Assembly: GCA_016713875.1 (NCBI GenBank)
Contig: JADJOI010000003.1
Coordinates: forward strand, 437,092 to 501,091
DNA length: 64,000 bases
Source: Flavobacteriales bacterium
GTDB taxonomy: Bacteria > Bacteroidota > Bacteroidia > Flavobacteriales_F > PHOS-HE28
Reading direction: 5' to 3'
The position numbers and the translations under genes are program-made. The notes below the pieces were generated by a model that ran no database searches, had not been told where the DNA came from, and worked only from the letters and a program-made list of their open reading frames with translations. Numbering within the stretch: the stretch's first letter is position 1; each line of letters opens with the position of its first letter. Below are positions 8,301 to 18,287 of the stretch, piece by piece.

Positions 8301-10965
8301 CCTTCAGCGGACGACCAGGTGCGGGCTTGCCCGCACCGTCCAGGCTCACCAGGTCGAAGCGGTGCGGCCGGCCGGCCAGGTAGGTGTCCCAGGCCCCGTC
8401 CGGTGAGGGAGGCCGCAGACCCGCGTAGGTGCGATAGGGGTGGAGCACCACCTCCTGCTGGTCCGTGCTGGCATCCCCGCCTGGATCGCTCACGCGGCTG
8501 ACGACCGTGAGCCGCAGTGCCGAAGGGGCGCCCGCCGATGGCTTCAGGTCGAAGGGGAAGACCGCGCGCCCCTGTGCGTCGGTGCGCCCCTCGAACACGA
8601 TGGTCTCGCCCTCGGTGAGCTGATGACCGATATCGTCGAACACGAAGTCGTCATGCCCTTTCGGCTTGAACTCGGCCCGGGCGAGGCCCACGGAGACCAC
8701 GACCGGCGCCTGAACGGCGGGAGCTCCATGCAGCCAGACCGCCTCGAGCCGGATAGCACGCGGAAGTTGATCCGCCAGCAGCGGACCGGTGCCGAGGTCG
8801 AGCGCGATCCGCATCCGGTTGGGTTTCACCGTCTCGATGCGCAGCGACCGATGGAAGGCGGCATCGCCCACCGTCACCCGCCCCAGCCAGAGGCCGGTGG
8901 GTGCATCCGGTGATGTGGCGCACGGGAATCCGTACTGGTCACCCACCGCCTGTCGACGCACGGCACGGTGCACGACCCGGCCGTTCGGGTCCATCAGTTC
9001 GAACACCACCGGATGGTCCTTGGGGAGGGCCTTGTCGCGGTCGTTCAGGATGAAGGCCAGATGGAGGGAGTCGCCGGGTCGCCACACGCCGCGCTCGCCG
9101 TAGAGGAAGCCCTTCAGGCCTTGAGGAAGCGCCTCCCCACCCACGTCGAACGCGCTTACATCGAGCGCCGAACCATCATCCACACGCAGGTAGCCGCGCT
9201 GTTCCTTCGATCGGGCCACCACCAGAAAGGGGGTATGCGCCGGGGCCGGCAGTGCGGCGAAACCCTGACCGTCGGTGGTCAGGTGGCCCAGGATGCGCAG
9301 TTGCGGATCGAGCACATCCACCTCCGCTCCGGGGATGGCTGCACCGCTCCGCAGGTCGCTCACCACCACCCGGAGGGCACCGTTCGCGTCGCGTTTGGCC
9401 AGCAGACCGAGGTCGCTGGAGAGCACATTGCGGCTGGTCTTGCGACGGCTGCCGTAATAGCTGGATGAGCAAGGGTTGTCGCGTTCCCGATGGTCATAGT
9501 CATCCGTATACCAGGAGTCGTCATAGTAGTAGTAGTAGCCCGCGCGGTCGAAGGCGCTGTCGTCCAGCGTCGGCGTTTCGGTGCGACCGTTCAGCCCCGC
9601 CTCGGGGGAGGGCGGAGTGCCGTCGCCGCACGGGAATGCGGACTGGTCCTGGCGGAAGCCGAGCTCCACCCGGTGGATGGCACCGGGTTCCGCGGAAATG
9701 AGCTTGTCGAGGTCGAGGAAATAGCGGTTCCATCGTCCGGGATCCGGGGTATCCGAGCTGATGAGGGGCACATCCTGTTCGGCCACCAGGCGCCCCACGC
9801 GGGCCAGCTCCTCGCCACCGGCCAGGTCGTTCACCTGCAGGAATTGCGGGATGTTGTCCGCGTGCACCCGGATGATCCGCACGGTCACCGCGCGCAGGTT
9901 GACGGCCTCGAAGGGGAGATTCCGGCCACCGGTGGTGGGCAGCACCACGCCATCGCCGACGAAACGCACCGCCGGGCCCGGTTCGGGGAAGCGCACACGG
10001 GTGGTCACATCCCGATCGAGGGTGAGGCCAGTGGCGGTCCGAAGGCCCGCAGCCGCGAACACGGTCTGCTCGCCGTGCTGCGGCTCGCTGGGATGAAGGA
10101 TCAGCGTGTTGCCCTCCACGGCGATGCGCATCGGTGGTTCGCCGGAGACGCCGGCCAGGCCGGTCAGGTCCTGGGCGGGGTCGGGCGGCTCGGAAAAGAG
10201 CAGGCGCACCTGCTGCTCTCCATCGAGCAGGGCGCGGGCGCTCAGCAGGGCGAAGCGTCCGGCCTCCGGCAGGTCGAGGCTCGTACGGCCCTCGTCCGCA
10301 CTGCCGATCGCCTCCGCGTCCCAGATCAGGTCCACCACGGTGGCGACGGGGCCTCTGCGCACACTATCGGCCACCACATCGTGCCGCAGCCGGTCCGGCG
10401 AGCTGCTGATGCGCAGCGGCACATCTCGACCGTCCTGCCTCGCGCTGAAGCAGGCCAACAACTGTTCCGCTCGGGCCTGATCGGCCGTGGTCACCTGCCA
10501 GGTGATGCTATGCATGCCGCCGCCGTCGCCGTCCAGCGGGGCCACGTCCTCAAGATCCACGGCGAGGTGTTGCTCGAGGGTGCGGAATCCGAAGCGGAAG
10601 GTGGACAAATGGTCGGGCAGTGACACGATGCCTCCGAGCTGAAAGGTGACCGCATGGTCGGTGCCCGGCCGCAGGGCTTCCTTGGGGACGAATGCGAGGG
10701 TGCGGGCATCGTGCCAGCGCACAGTACCCTCCACAGTGGGATCCAGATCGAAGAGGGAGGCCAGCTTCGTCGCGCTCGTGTCGGTGAGGGTGAGACCCTC
10801 CGCCAGGCGAACGAGCACGGGGGAGGAGGCTGAGACCGGCCCGGCCGTGAAGGCCGTGATGTACGGGGCGAAGGCCGGATCAGGGCGGGGGAGCGGAGGC
10901 CGGCTGCAGGCGGCGGTGAACAGGGCCAAGGAGAGGGCCGTGGGCCAGGACCAGGAACGGAGCAT
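5392..10965 (-). CDS. Bacterial alpha-2-macroglobulin family lipoprotein (YfhM-like, thioester-containing)
   Basis: About 1858-aa ORF. Lipobox LFTAAC near the N-terminus. Thioester motif GYPHGCLEQTV. MG-domain-like repeated beta-sandwich architecture and a C-terminal receptor-binding-like region. Start taken at MLRSWSW (10965) rather than the ORF-track Met at 11013. Confidence 0.85.
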   Translation of the reverse strand: MLRSWSWPTALSLALFTAACSRPPLPRPDPAFAPYITAFTAGPVSASSPVLVRLAEGLTLTDTSATKLASLFDLDPTVEGTVRWHDARTLAFVPKEALRPGTDHAVTFQLGGIVSLPDHLSTFRFGFRTLEQHLAVDLEDVAPLDGDGGGMHSITWQVTTADQARAEQLLACFSARQDGRDVPLRISSSPDRLRHDVVADSVRRGPVATVVDLIWDAEAIGSADEGRTSLDLPEAGRFALLSARALLDGEQQVRLLFSEPPDPAQDLTGLAGVSGEPPMRIAVEGNTLILHPSEPQHGEQTVFAAAGLRTATGLTLDRDVTTRVRFPEPGPAVRFVGDGVVLPTTGGRNLPFEAVNLRAVTVRIIRVHADNIPQFLQVNDLAGGEELARVGRLVAEQDVPLISSDTPDPGRWNRYFLDLDKLISAEPGAIHRVELGFRQDQSAFPCGDGTPPSPEAGLNGRTETPTLDDSAFDRAGYYYYYDDSWYTDDYDHRERDNPCSSSYYGSRRKTSRNVLSSDLGLLAKRDANGALRVVVSDLRSGAAIPGAEVDVLDPQLRILGHLTTDGQGFAALPAPAHTPFLVVARSKEQRGYLRVDDGSALDVSAFDVGGEALPQGLKGFLYGERGVWRPGDSLHLAFILNDRDKALPKDHPVVFELMDPNGRVVHRAVRRQAVGDQYGFPCATSPDAPTGLWLGRVTVGDAAFHRSLRIETVKPNRMRIALDLGTGPLLADQLPRAIRLEAVWLHGAPAVQAPVVVSVGLARAEFKPKGHDDFVFDDIGHQLTEGETIVFEGRTDAQGRAVFPFDLKPSAGAPSALRLTVVSRVSDPGGDASTDQQEVVLHPYRTYAGLRPPSPDGAWDTYLAGRPHRFDLVSLDGAGKPAPGRPLKVQVMKVDEERWWHGAMDGPTSGRTGEGLRVISSHDVLTDPQGRGSLDVRVEAAATGRYLVRAEDPASGHVAVVSLHFGADGTSDAAEHGKDPAATRLAIGTARERYAPGDEVELTIPSAHKGTAIVSLENGHRVVEITRIALTEGGTTHRFKATAAMMPNIHAHVTLLQPHGEVANDLPIRLYGVVPILVEDPATRLEPVIEAPSEIKPGREFTLTVAEKSGRAMHYMLYAVDEGLLDLTRFRTPDPWAQLYAREALGVHSFDLYDQVIGAFGVEAGRVLAVGGSDGGGPVDPSRIGRFKPVVLHAGPLSLAPGQRGTHRFTIDNYVGRVRVMVVASHPDGAYGHAEQAVPVRQPLMVLATLPRVLGPDETVELPVTVFAMDKLLREVTVKVGLSGAVTGEGPLERAVRFDGTGEQVVRFQLRAGDRTGAAQVNVTALAGTERATTRIDIGVRSPMLPITRSEDGAVQAGGQVDLSVVPIGAGGTNSAVIEVTSLPPLGLERRLQELLGYPHGCLEQTVSKAFPQLYLDGLVDLSPSLKEQVQADVGAAIRKLAFFQRGDGRFSYWPGGTHTDDWSSIYAGHFLLEAARLGHAVPGSMRTGWTASQRNAARAWSPATEGRSAFVQAYRLFALALAGAEEPAAMNRLRSIPTLEPMARWTLAAAYAELGRTDAANALTTGISAGITDYAELSGTFGSAVRDEALIALTLLRSGRLPEAGPVVLRIAERLGSDQWLSTQSAAFALMAVARYTAANGQGNGLDLTVAIDGKPTTVRSARSTWRMALGTPDRPHTVHLVNKGTGLVFTRITRHGTPGHGEENASSNGLSIRTTFTGTNGSTLDPAVLTQGTDVLVNVEVTHVGTEPLYSNLALSQVFPSGWEIRNARMEGLEQVHTDSPYTYQDVRDDRVMTYFDLARGQKAVFHLRVTAAYTGRYHFPGAQVEAMYDARIYARTKGGPVQVIAPGAEPRAAW

Positions 10966-11036
10966 GGTACAGGGATGTGCGGCAAAAGGTAGCCGCCATC
11001 GCCTCAACGACAAGAAGCTGCGGGGAATTGCCGGGA

Positions 11037-13106
11037 TCAGGGCTCCGCCATGAGGCGGTCGGCCTCGTCGGCGGTGATGACGCGGTCGCCCATGGCGCCC
11101 ACGGTGAAGGCATCGGAGAGGCCTTTCGCCTTCAACTGTTCCTTGGCGGCCTCGGCCTCGGCACGGGTGCGGAAATCGCCGTGGTAATAGCGCACCGCAT
11201 CCACGCTGGGCACGGGGGTCACGTTGCCGATCTCGATGTACTTGTCCATGATGTCCATCGGGACATTGCCCGCGAACGTGCCCACCTGCACCCGGTAGCG
11301 GATGAGGCTCTTATCGATGCCGCCCACGGCGGTGGTGCGCAGATCCTCCGGTCCGGTGAGGCGCGCTCCGGCCTCCTTGAGGCTCACCCGTTTTCCGTTC
11401 TTGAAGGCCACGAGGAACGCGCCCTTGAAGCCTTTCAGCAGCATGTCCACCTTATGCTTGGCGGCCGGGTTCACATCGGTGAAGCTGCCGGTGTAGTATC
11501 GCGTGAGACCATCCTCTCCTTCGATCACCACCAGGTCGGGGATGCCGGTGAAGATGTTCTTCGCGAGCTTGTTGCGGAAGGCGCCCAGCTGCACGCGCAC
11601 CACCACGCCCTCCGCGGAGGCCGGTCCACCGCTGCCATCAAGACCCGCACCGGCCCGGCGGACCTCCTCGTCGATGTCGATGAGCCTTCCGTCCTCCTCG
11701 GCCATCACCCGGCCGTCGATGCCTTTTCCGCTCAAGGACAGCTGCCGCCGCAATGCCTCGGGCAGCGCATCGTAGTTGCCCACCACATAGAAGGTGGTGT
11801 CGCCCTTCTCCAACGTGCGCACGTCCGGGATGCTCAGGATCTTCTGGATCAGGTCTTCGGGGATGCCTTCCATGTGCTCACCGACCTTCACCACGTAGGC
11901 CCGGCGTTTTGCGGCTGTAGCCGACCGTCCGCGAGGGCCGAAGGACTCGACCCGGGAGCTCAGCATGTTCACGTTCGCCGAGTCCTTGTAGTTCAGCCAG
12001 GCCTTCAGCAGCGCGTCATCGGTCAGGGTCACCCCGTCCGCATCCACAGCGGCGCCCGGTGCGGTGTTCAGCTCCAGGTCCAAATGGTCGGGCACGCCGT
12101 CGCCGTCGCCGTCCAGCGGACAGCCATGGGCATCCACGGGCACGCCGGACGGTGTTCCGGGGCATTGGTCGTTCCAATCCGTGACGCCGTCCCCGTCCTC
12201 GTCGTCGGCCAGGGCCAGCAGGTCCATCTCCTCGGTGGAAAGGGAGGGGCCTTCGCGATCGCGTGGCTTGCGCTGGCCGATGCCATAGTTCAGGGAGAAC
12301 GAACTGAACAGGAAACGGTCCATCCGAGCGTCGCCCTGGCGCTCCTCGCGGCTGTCCTGCGTCACACCGTCGATGAGGTCGGTGGAGGTGAAATGCATGG
12401 TCGTGCCGATGCGCAGATCGAACCGGCCGCCCAGATGCATGCGCGCACCGATGCCCACAGGGATCGCCCAGGTGAGCTCGGGGTATTTGCCGAAACCGTC
12501 GAGGTCGAGCTCGCGGATATCGCTTTCGTAGCTGTAGTCGCGTTGCAGCTGCACGGCATCGCCGGCCTGCGGGTCGTTCTCGGTCCGGTCCCGGATGGTA
12601 CCATCGCTCCAGTAGTGGTACATCCGTCCTTCAGCGTCCAGACGGTCCGTCTTGCTCAGGAACTCCACGGCCTCGACGCCGATGGAGAGGTACGGTTCCA
12701 CCCGGCGGCCGGGGTTCAGCAGCTGGTGGAAGTTGTAGGTGAACTGGACCCCACCCGTGGTGACACGGGATTCGAAGTTGAGGTTGCGGGTGATGCTGCG
12801 TTCGTTGGCGCCCATCCGGCCGTGCAGCGCGTAGAGCCCCACATCGAGCCAGGGTGTCAGCGGGGTGCCGGCCCTCAGCTCATAGCCCACACGGGTCAAC
12901 AATGGGCTGTAGCCCTTGTGTCCGTTCCCGATGTCGCCGAGGAAGGCGAACATGCCCACGCCGAGGCCGAAGGTGGGGCGGATGCTGTAGCGGCTGCTGT
13001 CCACATCTTGTGCGCAGGCACTGCCGGAGGGCGTGCAGAGCAGGGCCCCGAGCGCCACGGCGAGTGTCGTGCGCACGACGGGCCGGTGGCGAAGGTGGGT
13101 CAGCAT
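11037..13106 (-). CDS. Outer-membrane protein with thrombospondin type-3 (Ca-binding) repeats and two C-terminal SPOR peptidoglycan-binding domains
   Basis: Signal peptide. N-terminal beta-barrel-like region. DxDxDGxxDxxD repeats (DEDGDGVTDWNDQCPG, DGDGDGVPDHLD). Two SPOR-like modules (VVVRVQLGAFRNK...; YRVQVGTFAGN...). Confidence 0.7.
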   Translation of the reverse strand: MLTHLRHRPVVRTTLAVALGALLCTPSGSACAQDVDSSRYSIRPTFGLGVGMFAFLGDIGNGHKGYSPLLTRVGYELRAGTPLTPWLDVGLYALHGRMGANERSITRNLNFESRVTTGGVQFTYNFHQLLNPGRRVEPYLSIGVEAVEFLSKTDRLDAEGRMYHYWSDGTIRDRTENDPQAGDAVQLQRDYSYESDIRELDLDGFGKYPELTWAIPVGIGARMHLGGRFDLRIGTTMHFTSTDLIDGVTQDSREERQGDARMDRFLFSSFSLNYGIGQRKPRDREGPSLSTEEMDLLALADDEDGDGVTDWNDQCPGTPSGVPVDAHGCPLDGDGDGVPDHLDLELNTAPGAAVDADGVTLTDDALLKAWLNYKDSANVNMLSSRVESFGPRGRSATAAKRRAYVVKVGEHMEGIPEDLIQKILSIPDVRTLEKGDTTFYVVGNYDALPEALRRQLSLSGKGIDGRVMAEEDGRLIDIDEEVRRAGAGLDGSGGPASAEGVVVRVQLGAFRNKLAKNIFTGIPDLVVIEGEDGLTRYYTGSFTDVNPAAKHKVDMLLKGFKGAFLVAFKNGKRVSLKEAGARLTGPEDLRTTAVGGIDKSLIRYRVQVGTFAGNVPMDIMDKYIEIGNVTPVPSVDAVRYYHGDFRTRAEAEAAKEQLKAKGLSDAFTVGAMGDRVITADEADRLMAEP

Positions 13107-13130
13107 GCGGGGAAAGATAGCTTTCCCGGA

Positions 13131-14525
13131 CTATTGGACCCAGGTCTGACTGGAGAGCATCAGCGCCTCCTGCACAGAGATGCGCTCGCCGTTGTTGTAA
13201 GCCGTCACGAAGGGGCCCGGGAGCTCATGGCCGGCGGCCACCAGGGCGATGCGCTTGTCCCTGGCCTCGCGGTATTGACCGTAGGAGCCGGTGGTGTACT
13301 TGATCCAACCGTCGTGGCGCTCGATGCTGAACGGTTCGTTGAACCGGTGGCGGCCGGCGAAATACTCGCGTCCCACTTCGCGGTGCGCCGCGGTGATCTG
13401 GACCTTGTAAGCGATGCCTTTCTCCGGTGCCGGAACCCCTTTGGAAGGGGCGGGTCTCGTCGTGGCCGGCTTGCTGTCCTCGCTGGGCACCGCCTGTGCG
13501 GTCTCGGTCCTGGTCTCCTTGGCGGGCAGGTTGAGGCTGGTATCCTGGGCGTCCGTGGGGCTCATGCGGGCCTGGTCCTGATGCAGGGCGCTGAAGGCCA
13601 TGTCGCCGATGGTGAAGGTGGAGGCGCCCACGGCCACGCGCTGGGTCTCGTCGTTCAGCAGGTAGCCGAATTCACCGGAGACCGTGTAGTCGCCATCGGG
13701 CTGGCCGTTCGCACGCAGCTTGTAGGCCACTTTCAGTTCCTGGTCGGCGGGCAGATTGAGCCACACGAACTTGGCGATGCGGTCCTGCGTGGTGAAGATG
13801 GCCTGTGCGCTGCTCTTCTCCATCGCAGTGAACCCCGGGGGCAGGTTCTCCTGCAGCTTGCCGAAACCGCGGATATCGCCCTTCTTGACCATCACCTCCA
13901 CGAGGAGTTCGCTGGCGGAGACGAGGGTCACCTTCCGTTCCACGGCGACACCGCCCGGACCCTGGCCAGGGGTAGAAGGCACAGCGGGCGCTTCCTCGCT
14001 CGGCATCGGCACGGCACCTGCGGCCGTCACGATGTCGTTGGAGGCGTCCGTGGGCTGGGTGATGGGTGCAGCGGCAGGGGTTGCGGCGGCCACGGCGGGA
14101 TCGCCCATCACGGTCACCATGGCGGTGGCCAGGTCGTAAATGCGCCGTTCGTTGTCGAGGATGTAGCTGAAGCGGCCGTTGATGGGCATCTGCCCGCTCG
14201 CCGATGCGGAAGCGACCAGGTTGTACGACACTTTGAAGGACGGCTGGGTGGGCAGGGACATCCAGATGAACTTGGCCTTCTGGTCGCTGAAGGTGAAGGA
14301 GGCGCCTTTCGTTTCGATGGCGGTGCAGGTGAATCCCTCGGGGAGGTCGATCTGCAGTTTGGCGAACCCGCTGAGGTCGCCCTTCTCGACCGTCAAGGTC
14401 ACCTTGGTCTCGCTCCCCGGCATCACGGTGGCCGGCACATCCTGCGTGATCTTGATGTCGGTGAGGAGGAAGATCTCGATGAGGAGGACGCCGATGAGGT
14501 CGACGAGGATGAGCAGTTGGGCCAT
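13131..14525 (-). CDS. SPOR domain-containing protein with internally duplicated N-terminal domain
   Basis: N-terminal TM/signal anchor. Two homologous about 110-aa repeats (VTLTVEKGDLSGFAKLQIDLPEGF... versus VEVMVKKGDIRGFGKLQENLPPGF...). C-terminal SPOR-like domain (YKVQITAAHREV...WIKYTTGSYGQYREARD). Confidence 0.65.
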   Translation of the reverse strand: MAQLLILVDLIGVLLIEIFLLTDIKITQDVPATVMPGSETKVTLTVEKGDLSGFAKLQIDLPEGFTCTAIETKGASFTFSDQKAKFIWMSLPTQPSFKVSYNLVASASASGQMPINGRFSYILDNERRIYDLATAMVTVMGDPAVAAATPAAAPITQPTDASNDIVTAAGAVPMPSEEAPAVPSTPGQGPGGVAVERKVTLVSASELLVEVMVKKGDIRGFGKLQENLPPGFTAMEKSSAQAIFTTQDRIAKFVWLNLPADQELKVAYKLRANGQPDGDYTVSGEFGYLLNDETQRVAVGASTFTIGDMAFSALHQDQARMSPTDAQDTSLNLPAKETRTETAQAVPSEDSKPATTRPAPSKGVPAPEKGIAYKVQITAAHREVGREYFAGRHRFNEPFSIERHDGWIKYTTGSYGQYREARDKRIALVAAGHELPGPFVTAYNNGERISVQEALMLSSQTWVQ

Positions 14526-14649
14526 GGATCCGGAACGGTTTGCACGGCCCTTCGGTGGGCCTGAGCAAAACTACCCGGAGGCCTAGCGGCGCAAGGAGGT
14601 GAACACGCGCCCGTTGCGAACAGCGCCGTGTTGAGAAGGGGGTGCGGCC

Positions 14650-15402
14650 CTAGAAGTTCGGCTTCAGCAGGTACTTGCTGTAGAAGGCATCGATCGCGTC
14701 CACCGCCTCCTGCGCCGTGTCCACGGCCGTGATGAGGTCGAGGTCGACGGGGTTGATGTAGGCATTGCGGTCGCCCATGGTCTGCTTCACCCAATCGAGC
14801 AGGCCCTTCCAATAGGTGCGCCCGACAAGGATGATCGGGAAGCGGCCGATCTTCTGTGTCTGGATCAGGGTGAGGGCCTCGAAGAGCTCATCGAGCGTGC
14901 CGAAACCTCCAGGCAGCACGATGAATCCCTGGGAGTACTTGGTGAACATGACCTTTCGCACGAAGAAGTAGTCGAAGTGCAGGCTCTTCTCCTTGTCGAT
15001 GTAGGGGTTCGGCGCCTGCTCGAAGGGGAGCTCGATGTTGAGGCCCACGCTGGTGCCCCCGCCGCGTTGCGCACCCTTGTTGGCCGCCTCCATGATGCCC
15101 GGCCCGCCGCCGGTGATCACGCCATAGCCGTAACCGGTCAGCAGGAAGGCGATCTCCTCGGCGAGCTTGTACTCGGCGCGCTCGGGCGCGGTGCGGGCGC
15201 TGCCGAAGATGCTCACGCAGGGCCGGATGCGCTGCATGGCCTCGAAGCCTTCCACGAACTCGCTCATGATCTTGAAGATGGCCCAGCTGTCGTTGGCCTT
15301 CACCTCGCTCCAGCCCTTCCGTTTGAAGGCCTTCCGGATGCGGCGTTCGCTTTCTTCCTGTGCGTGCTGTGCCGGCACGGCCGGCTTGGGTGTGCGTTTC
15401 AT
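14650..15402 (-). CDS. LOG family protein (cytokinin riboside 5'-monophosphate phosphoribohydrolase-like, TIGR00730)
   Basis: GGGPGIMEA and PGGFGTLDEL motifs. True start is MKRTPKP (ATG at 15400-15402), overlapping the uvrA stop by ATGA. The 452-aa ORF-track extension is an upstream read-through. Confidence 0.85.
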   Translation of the reverse strand: MKRTPKPAVPAQHAQEESERRIRKAFKRKGWSEVKANDSWAIFKIMSEFVEGFEAMQRIRPCVSIFGSARTAPERAEYKLAEEIAFLLTGYGYGVITGGGPGIMEAANKGAQRGGGTSVGLNIELPFEQAPNPYIDKEKSLHFDYFFVRKVMFTKYSQGFIVLPGGFGTLDELFEALTLIQTQKIGRFPIILVGRTYWKGLLDWVKQTMGDRNAYINPVDLDLITAVDTAQEAVDAIDAFYSKYLLKPNF

Positions 15403-18287
15403 CGCAGTTCGTTGCTGAGGTAACGGGCGGTGTGGCCTCTCCCCATGCGCACGACCTCCTCGGGCGTGCCGCGGGCCACGATGCGTCCGCCGCCATCGCC
15501 GCCCTCGGGGCCCATGTCGATCACATGGTCGGCCACCTTGATGATGTCCATGTTGTGCTCCACGACGAGCACGGTATTCCCTTGGTCGACCAGCCGGTCG
15601 AGCACGGCGATCAGCTGCCGCACATCCTCGAAGTGAAGGCCGGTGGTGGGCTCGTCCAGGATGTAGAGCGTGCTGCCCGTGCCGCGACGGCCCAGCTCGC
15701 TGGCGAGCTTGATGCGCTGGGCCTCGCCCCCGCTGAGGGTGGTGCTGCTCTGCCCGAGGGTCACGTACCCGAGGCCGACGTCCATCAGGGTGCGCAGCTT
15801 CATGGCCAGCTGGGGCAGGTCGGCGAAGTGCTCCAAGGCTTCCTCCACGCTCATGTCCAGGACGTCGGCGATGCTCCGGCCCTTGAAGCGCACCTCGAGC
15901 GTCTCGCGGTCGTACCGTTTGCCACGGCATGTCTCGCAGGGCACGTCCACGTCCGGCAGAAAGTTCATGGCGATCGTGCGCACCCCGGCGCCCTTGCAGG
16001 TCTCGCAACGGCCACCGGCGGTGTTGAACGAGAAGCGGCCGGCCTTATAGCCGCGCACCTTCGCTCCGGGAAGCTGGGTGTATAGCTGGCGGATGGCGTC
16101 GAACAACCCTGTGTAGGTGGCCGGATTGCTACGCGGCGTTCGGCCGATCGGGCTCTGGTCCACTTCGATCACCTTGTCCAGGTGCGCGAGACCGTCCACC
16201 TTGCGGTAGCGCAGAGGCCGCGTGTCGGCGCGGTGGAAGTGGCGGGCCAGGATGGGGTACAGGGTGTCGCCGATGAGGGTGCTCTTGCCACTGCCGCTGA
16301 CGCCGGTGACGCAGATGAAGCTGCCGAGCGGAAGTACAAGGTCCACATCCTGCAGGTTGTGGCCCGAGGCACCGAGCACGGACAGGCGGTGCCCGTTGCC
16401 GGCGCGGCGCAGACGGGGCACGTCAATGGCCAGTTCGTTGCGCAGATAGCGGCCGGTGAGGCTGTCGGCCTTGCGGACCTCCGCGGGCGAGCCCTGGGCC
16501 ACGATGCGGCCGCCATGCTCGCCGGCCCCGGGCCCGATGTCGATCAGGTGGTCGGCCTGCAGCATCATCTCCTTATCATGCTCCACCACGATGACGCTGT
16601 TGCCACCGTCGCGCAGATGGCGCAGGCTGCCGATCAGCCGGTGGTCGTCGCGCTGGTGCAGGCCGATGCTGGGCTCGTCCAGGATGTACAGGACCCCGGT
16701 GAGCTGGCTGCCGATCTGGGTGGCCAGCCGGATGCGTTGGGCCTCACCACCGCTCAGCGTGCGGGCGCTGCGGTCGAGGGTGAGGTACTCCAGGCCCACA
16801 TCGAGGAGGAAGCGGGTGCGCGCGGTGATCTCCTTCACCACATCGCGGGCGATCAGGGCCTGGCGTCCCTGGAGGCGGTCCAGCAGCCCCTGGGTGTGCG
16901 CATGCAAACGGTCCAGTGGCAGGGAGGCGAGCTCGTGGATGTTGAGCCCGTCGAGGCGGAAGTGAAGGGCGGTGCGCTTCAGCCGGGTTCCCATGCACTC
17001 GGGGCAGGTCACCATGTGGGTGAACTGCTCGGCCCACTTCTGGGCCTGGGCCCCGCCTTCCTTCGCCTGCTCCAGGATGAAGGGGATGATGCCCTCGAAC
17101 TGCACGGTGCGGTCGCTCAACCCCACCTGGCTGCTCACGCGGAGCGGCTCATCCAGGCCGTTGAGCAGCGCGGCCACCACATCGTCGCCCATCTCCTCCA
17201 CGGGCGTGTCCAGATCATGCCCGAAGCCGGCGAGCACGGCCTCGACCTGGCGGAAGACCCAGGAGCTCTTGAAGCTGCCCAGCGGCAGGACGGCACCGCG
17301 CCGGATGCTCTTGCCGCGGTCCGGGATGATCTTGCCGATGGCCACGTCGGTGACCTGTCCGAGACCGCTGCACCGTGGGCACGCGCCATAAGGGCTGTTG
17401 AAGCTGAAGAGGTTCGGCTCCGGCTCCTCGTAGGCGATGCCGCTGGTGGGGCACATCAGGTGCCGGCTCAGGTAACGGGGCTGGGTGCCGTCCGGCGGCA
17501 GTGCCATCAGGTTGCCCTTCCCGAGCTTCAGGGCCAGGTCACAGGCATCGGCCAGGCGTTTCCGGCCGGCGCCGGCCTGCCCGGCGGCCGGCACCTTCAG
17601 CCGGTCGATCACCACCTCGATGTCGTGCACCTTGTAGCGGTCCAGGCGGGGGCGCGTGGTGAGGTCGATCACCTTGCCATCCACACGGGCGCGCAGGAAA
17701 CCCTGGCGCAGCAACTGCTCGAAGAGCTCCTTGTAGTGGCCCTTCCGACCTCGCACCACCGGTGCGAGCACGAGCAGCTCGCTGCCGGCATGCTCCTCCA
17801 TCAGCAGGTCCACGATGCGGGCATCGGTGTAGCGGACCATGCGCTCGCCTGTCACGTAGGAGTAGGCATCCGCCGCTCGGGCGTAGAGCAGGCGCAGCAG
17901 GTCGTAGATCTCCGTCACCGTGCCCACGGTGCTGCGCGGGTTGCGGCTGATGGTCTTCTGTTCGATGGCGATCACCGGGCTCAGCCCTGTGATCAGGTCC
18001 ACATCGGGGCGCTCGATACCTCCGAGGAATTGCCGTGCATAAGCGTTGAAGGTCTCGATATACCGGCGCTGCCCTTCGGCGTGCAGAGTGTCGAAGGCCA
18101 GGCTGCTCTTTCCGCTTCCGCTCAGGCCCGTGATCACCACGAGCTGATCGCGGGGGATGACCACGTCGATGTTCTTCAGGTTGTGCACCCGGGCGCCAAG
18201 CACCTCGATGGCGGCATCGCCGTTCGATGGTGCGGTGGCGCTTGCGGTGTCCGCAGCCTCACTGGTCCTGCGCACCTTCCGCGGCAT
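15399..18287 (-). CDS. uvrA: Excinuclease ABC subunit A
   Basis: 962 aa. Two ABC ATPase modules with Walker [11 protein letters not shown] and [13 protein letters not shown] signature LSGGEAQR twice. Zn-finger Cys pairs. Full-length. Confidence 0.95.
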   Translation of the reverse strand: MPRKVRRTSEAADTASATAPSNGDAAIEVLGARVHNLKNIDVVIPRDQLVVITGLSGSGKSSLAFDTLHAEGQRRYIETFNAYARQFLGGIERPDVDLITGLSPVIAIEQKTISRNPRSTVGTVTEIYDLLRLLYARAADAYSYVTGERMVRYTDARIVDLLMEEHAGSELLVLAPVVRGRKGHYKELFEQLLRQGFLRARVDGKVIDLTTRPRLDRYKVHDIEVVIDRLKVPAAGQAGAGRKRLADACDLALKLGKGNLMALPPDGTQPRYLSRHLMCPTSGIAYEEPEPNLFSFNSPYGACPRCSGLGQVTDVAIGKIIPDRGKSIRRGAVLPLGSFKSSWVFRQVEAVLAGFGHDLDTPVEEMGDDVVAALLNGLDEPLRVSSQVGLSDRTVQFEGIIPFILEQAKEGGAQAQKWAEQFTHMVTCPECMGTRLKRTALHFRLDGLNIHELASLPLDRLHAHTQGLLDRLQGRQALIARDVVKEITARTRFLLDVGLEYLTLDRSARTLSGGEAQRIRLATQIGSQLTGVLYILDEPSIGLHQRDDHRLIGSLRHLRDGGNSVIVVEHDKEMMLQADHLIDIGPGAGEHGGRIVAQGSPAEVRKADSLTGRYLRNELAIDVPRLRRAGNGHRLSVLGASGHNLQDVDLVLPLGSFICVTGVSGSGKSTLIGDTLYPILARHFHRADTRPLRYRKVDGLAHLDKVIEVDQSPIGRTPRSNPATYTGLFDAIRQLYTQLPGAKVRGYKAGRFSFNTAGGRCETCKGAGVRTIAMNFLPDVDVPCETCRGKRYDRETLEVRFKGRSIADVLDMSVEEALEHFADLPQLAMKLRTLMDVGLGYVTLGQSSTTLSGGEAQRIKLASELGRRGTGSTLYILDEPTTGLHFEDVRQLIAVLDRLVDQGNTVLVVEHNMDIIKVADHVIDMGPEGGDGGGRIVARGTPEEVVRMGRGHTARYLSNELR

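Noticed and set aside
14650-16008. 452-aa version of the LOG ORF, and 580-aa, 548-aa and 484-aa versions of the RidA, ClbS and aminotransferase ORFs
   Set aside because: The long upstream extensions overlap neighbouring genes in other frames and are compositionally non-protein. The conserved domains begin at internal Met codons with good gene-junction geometry.
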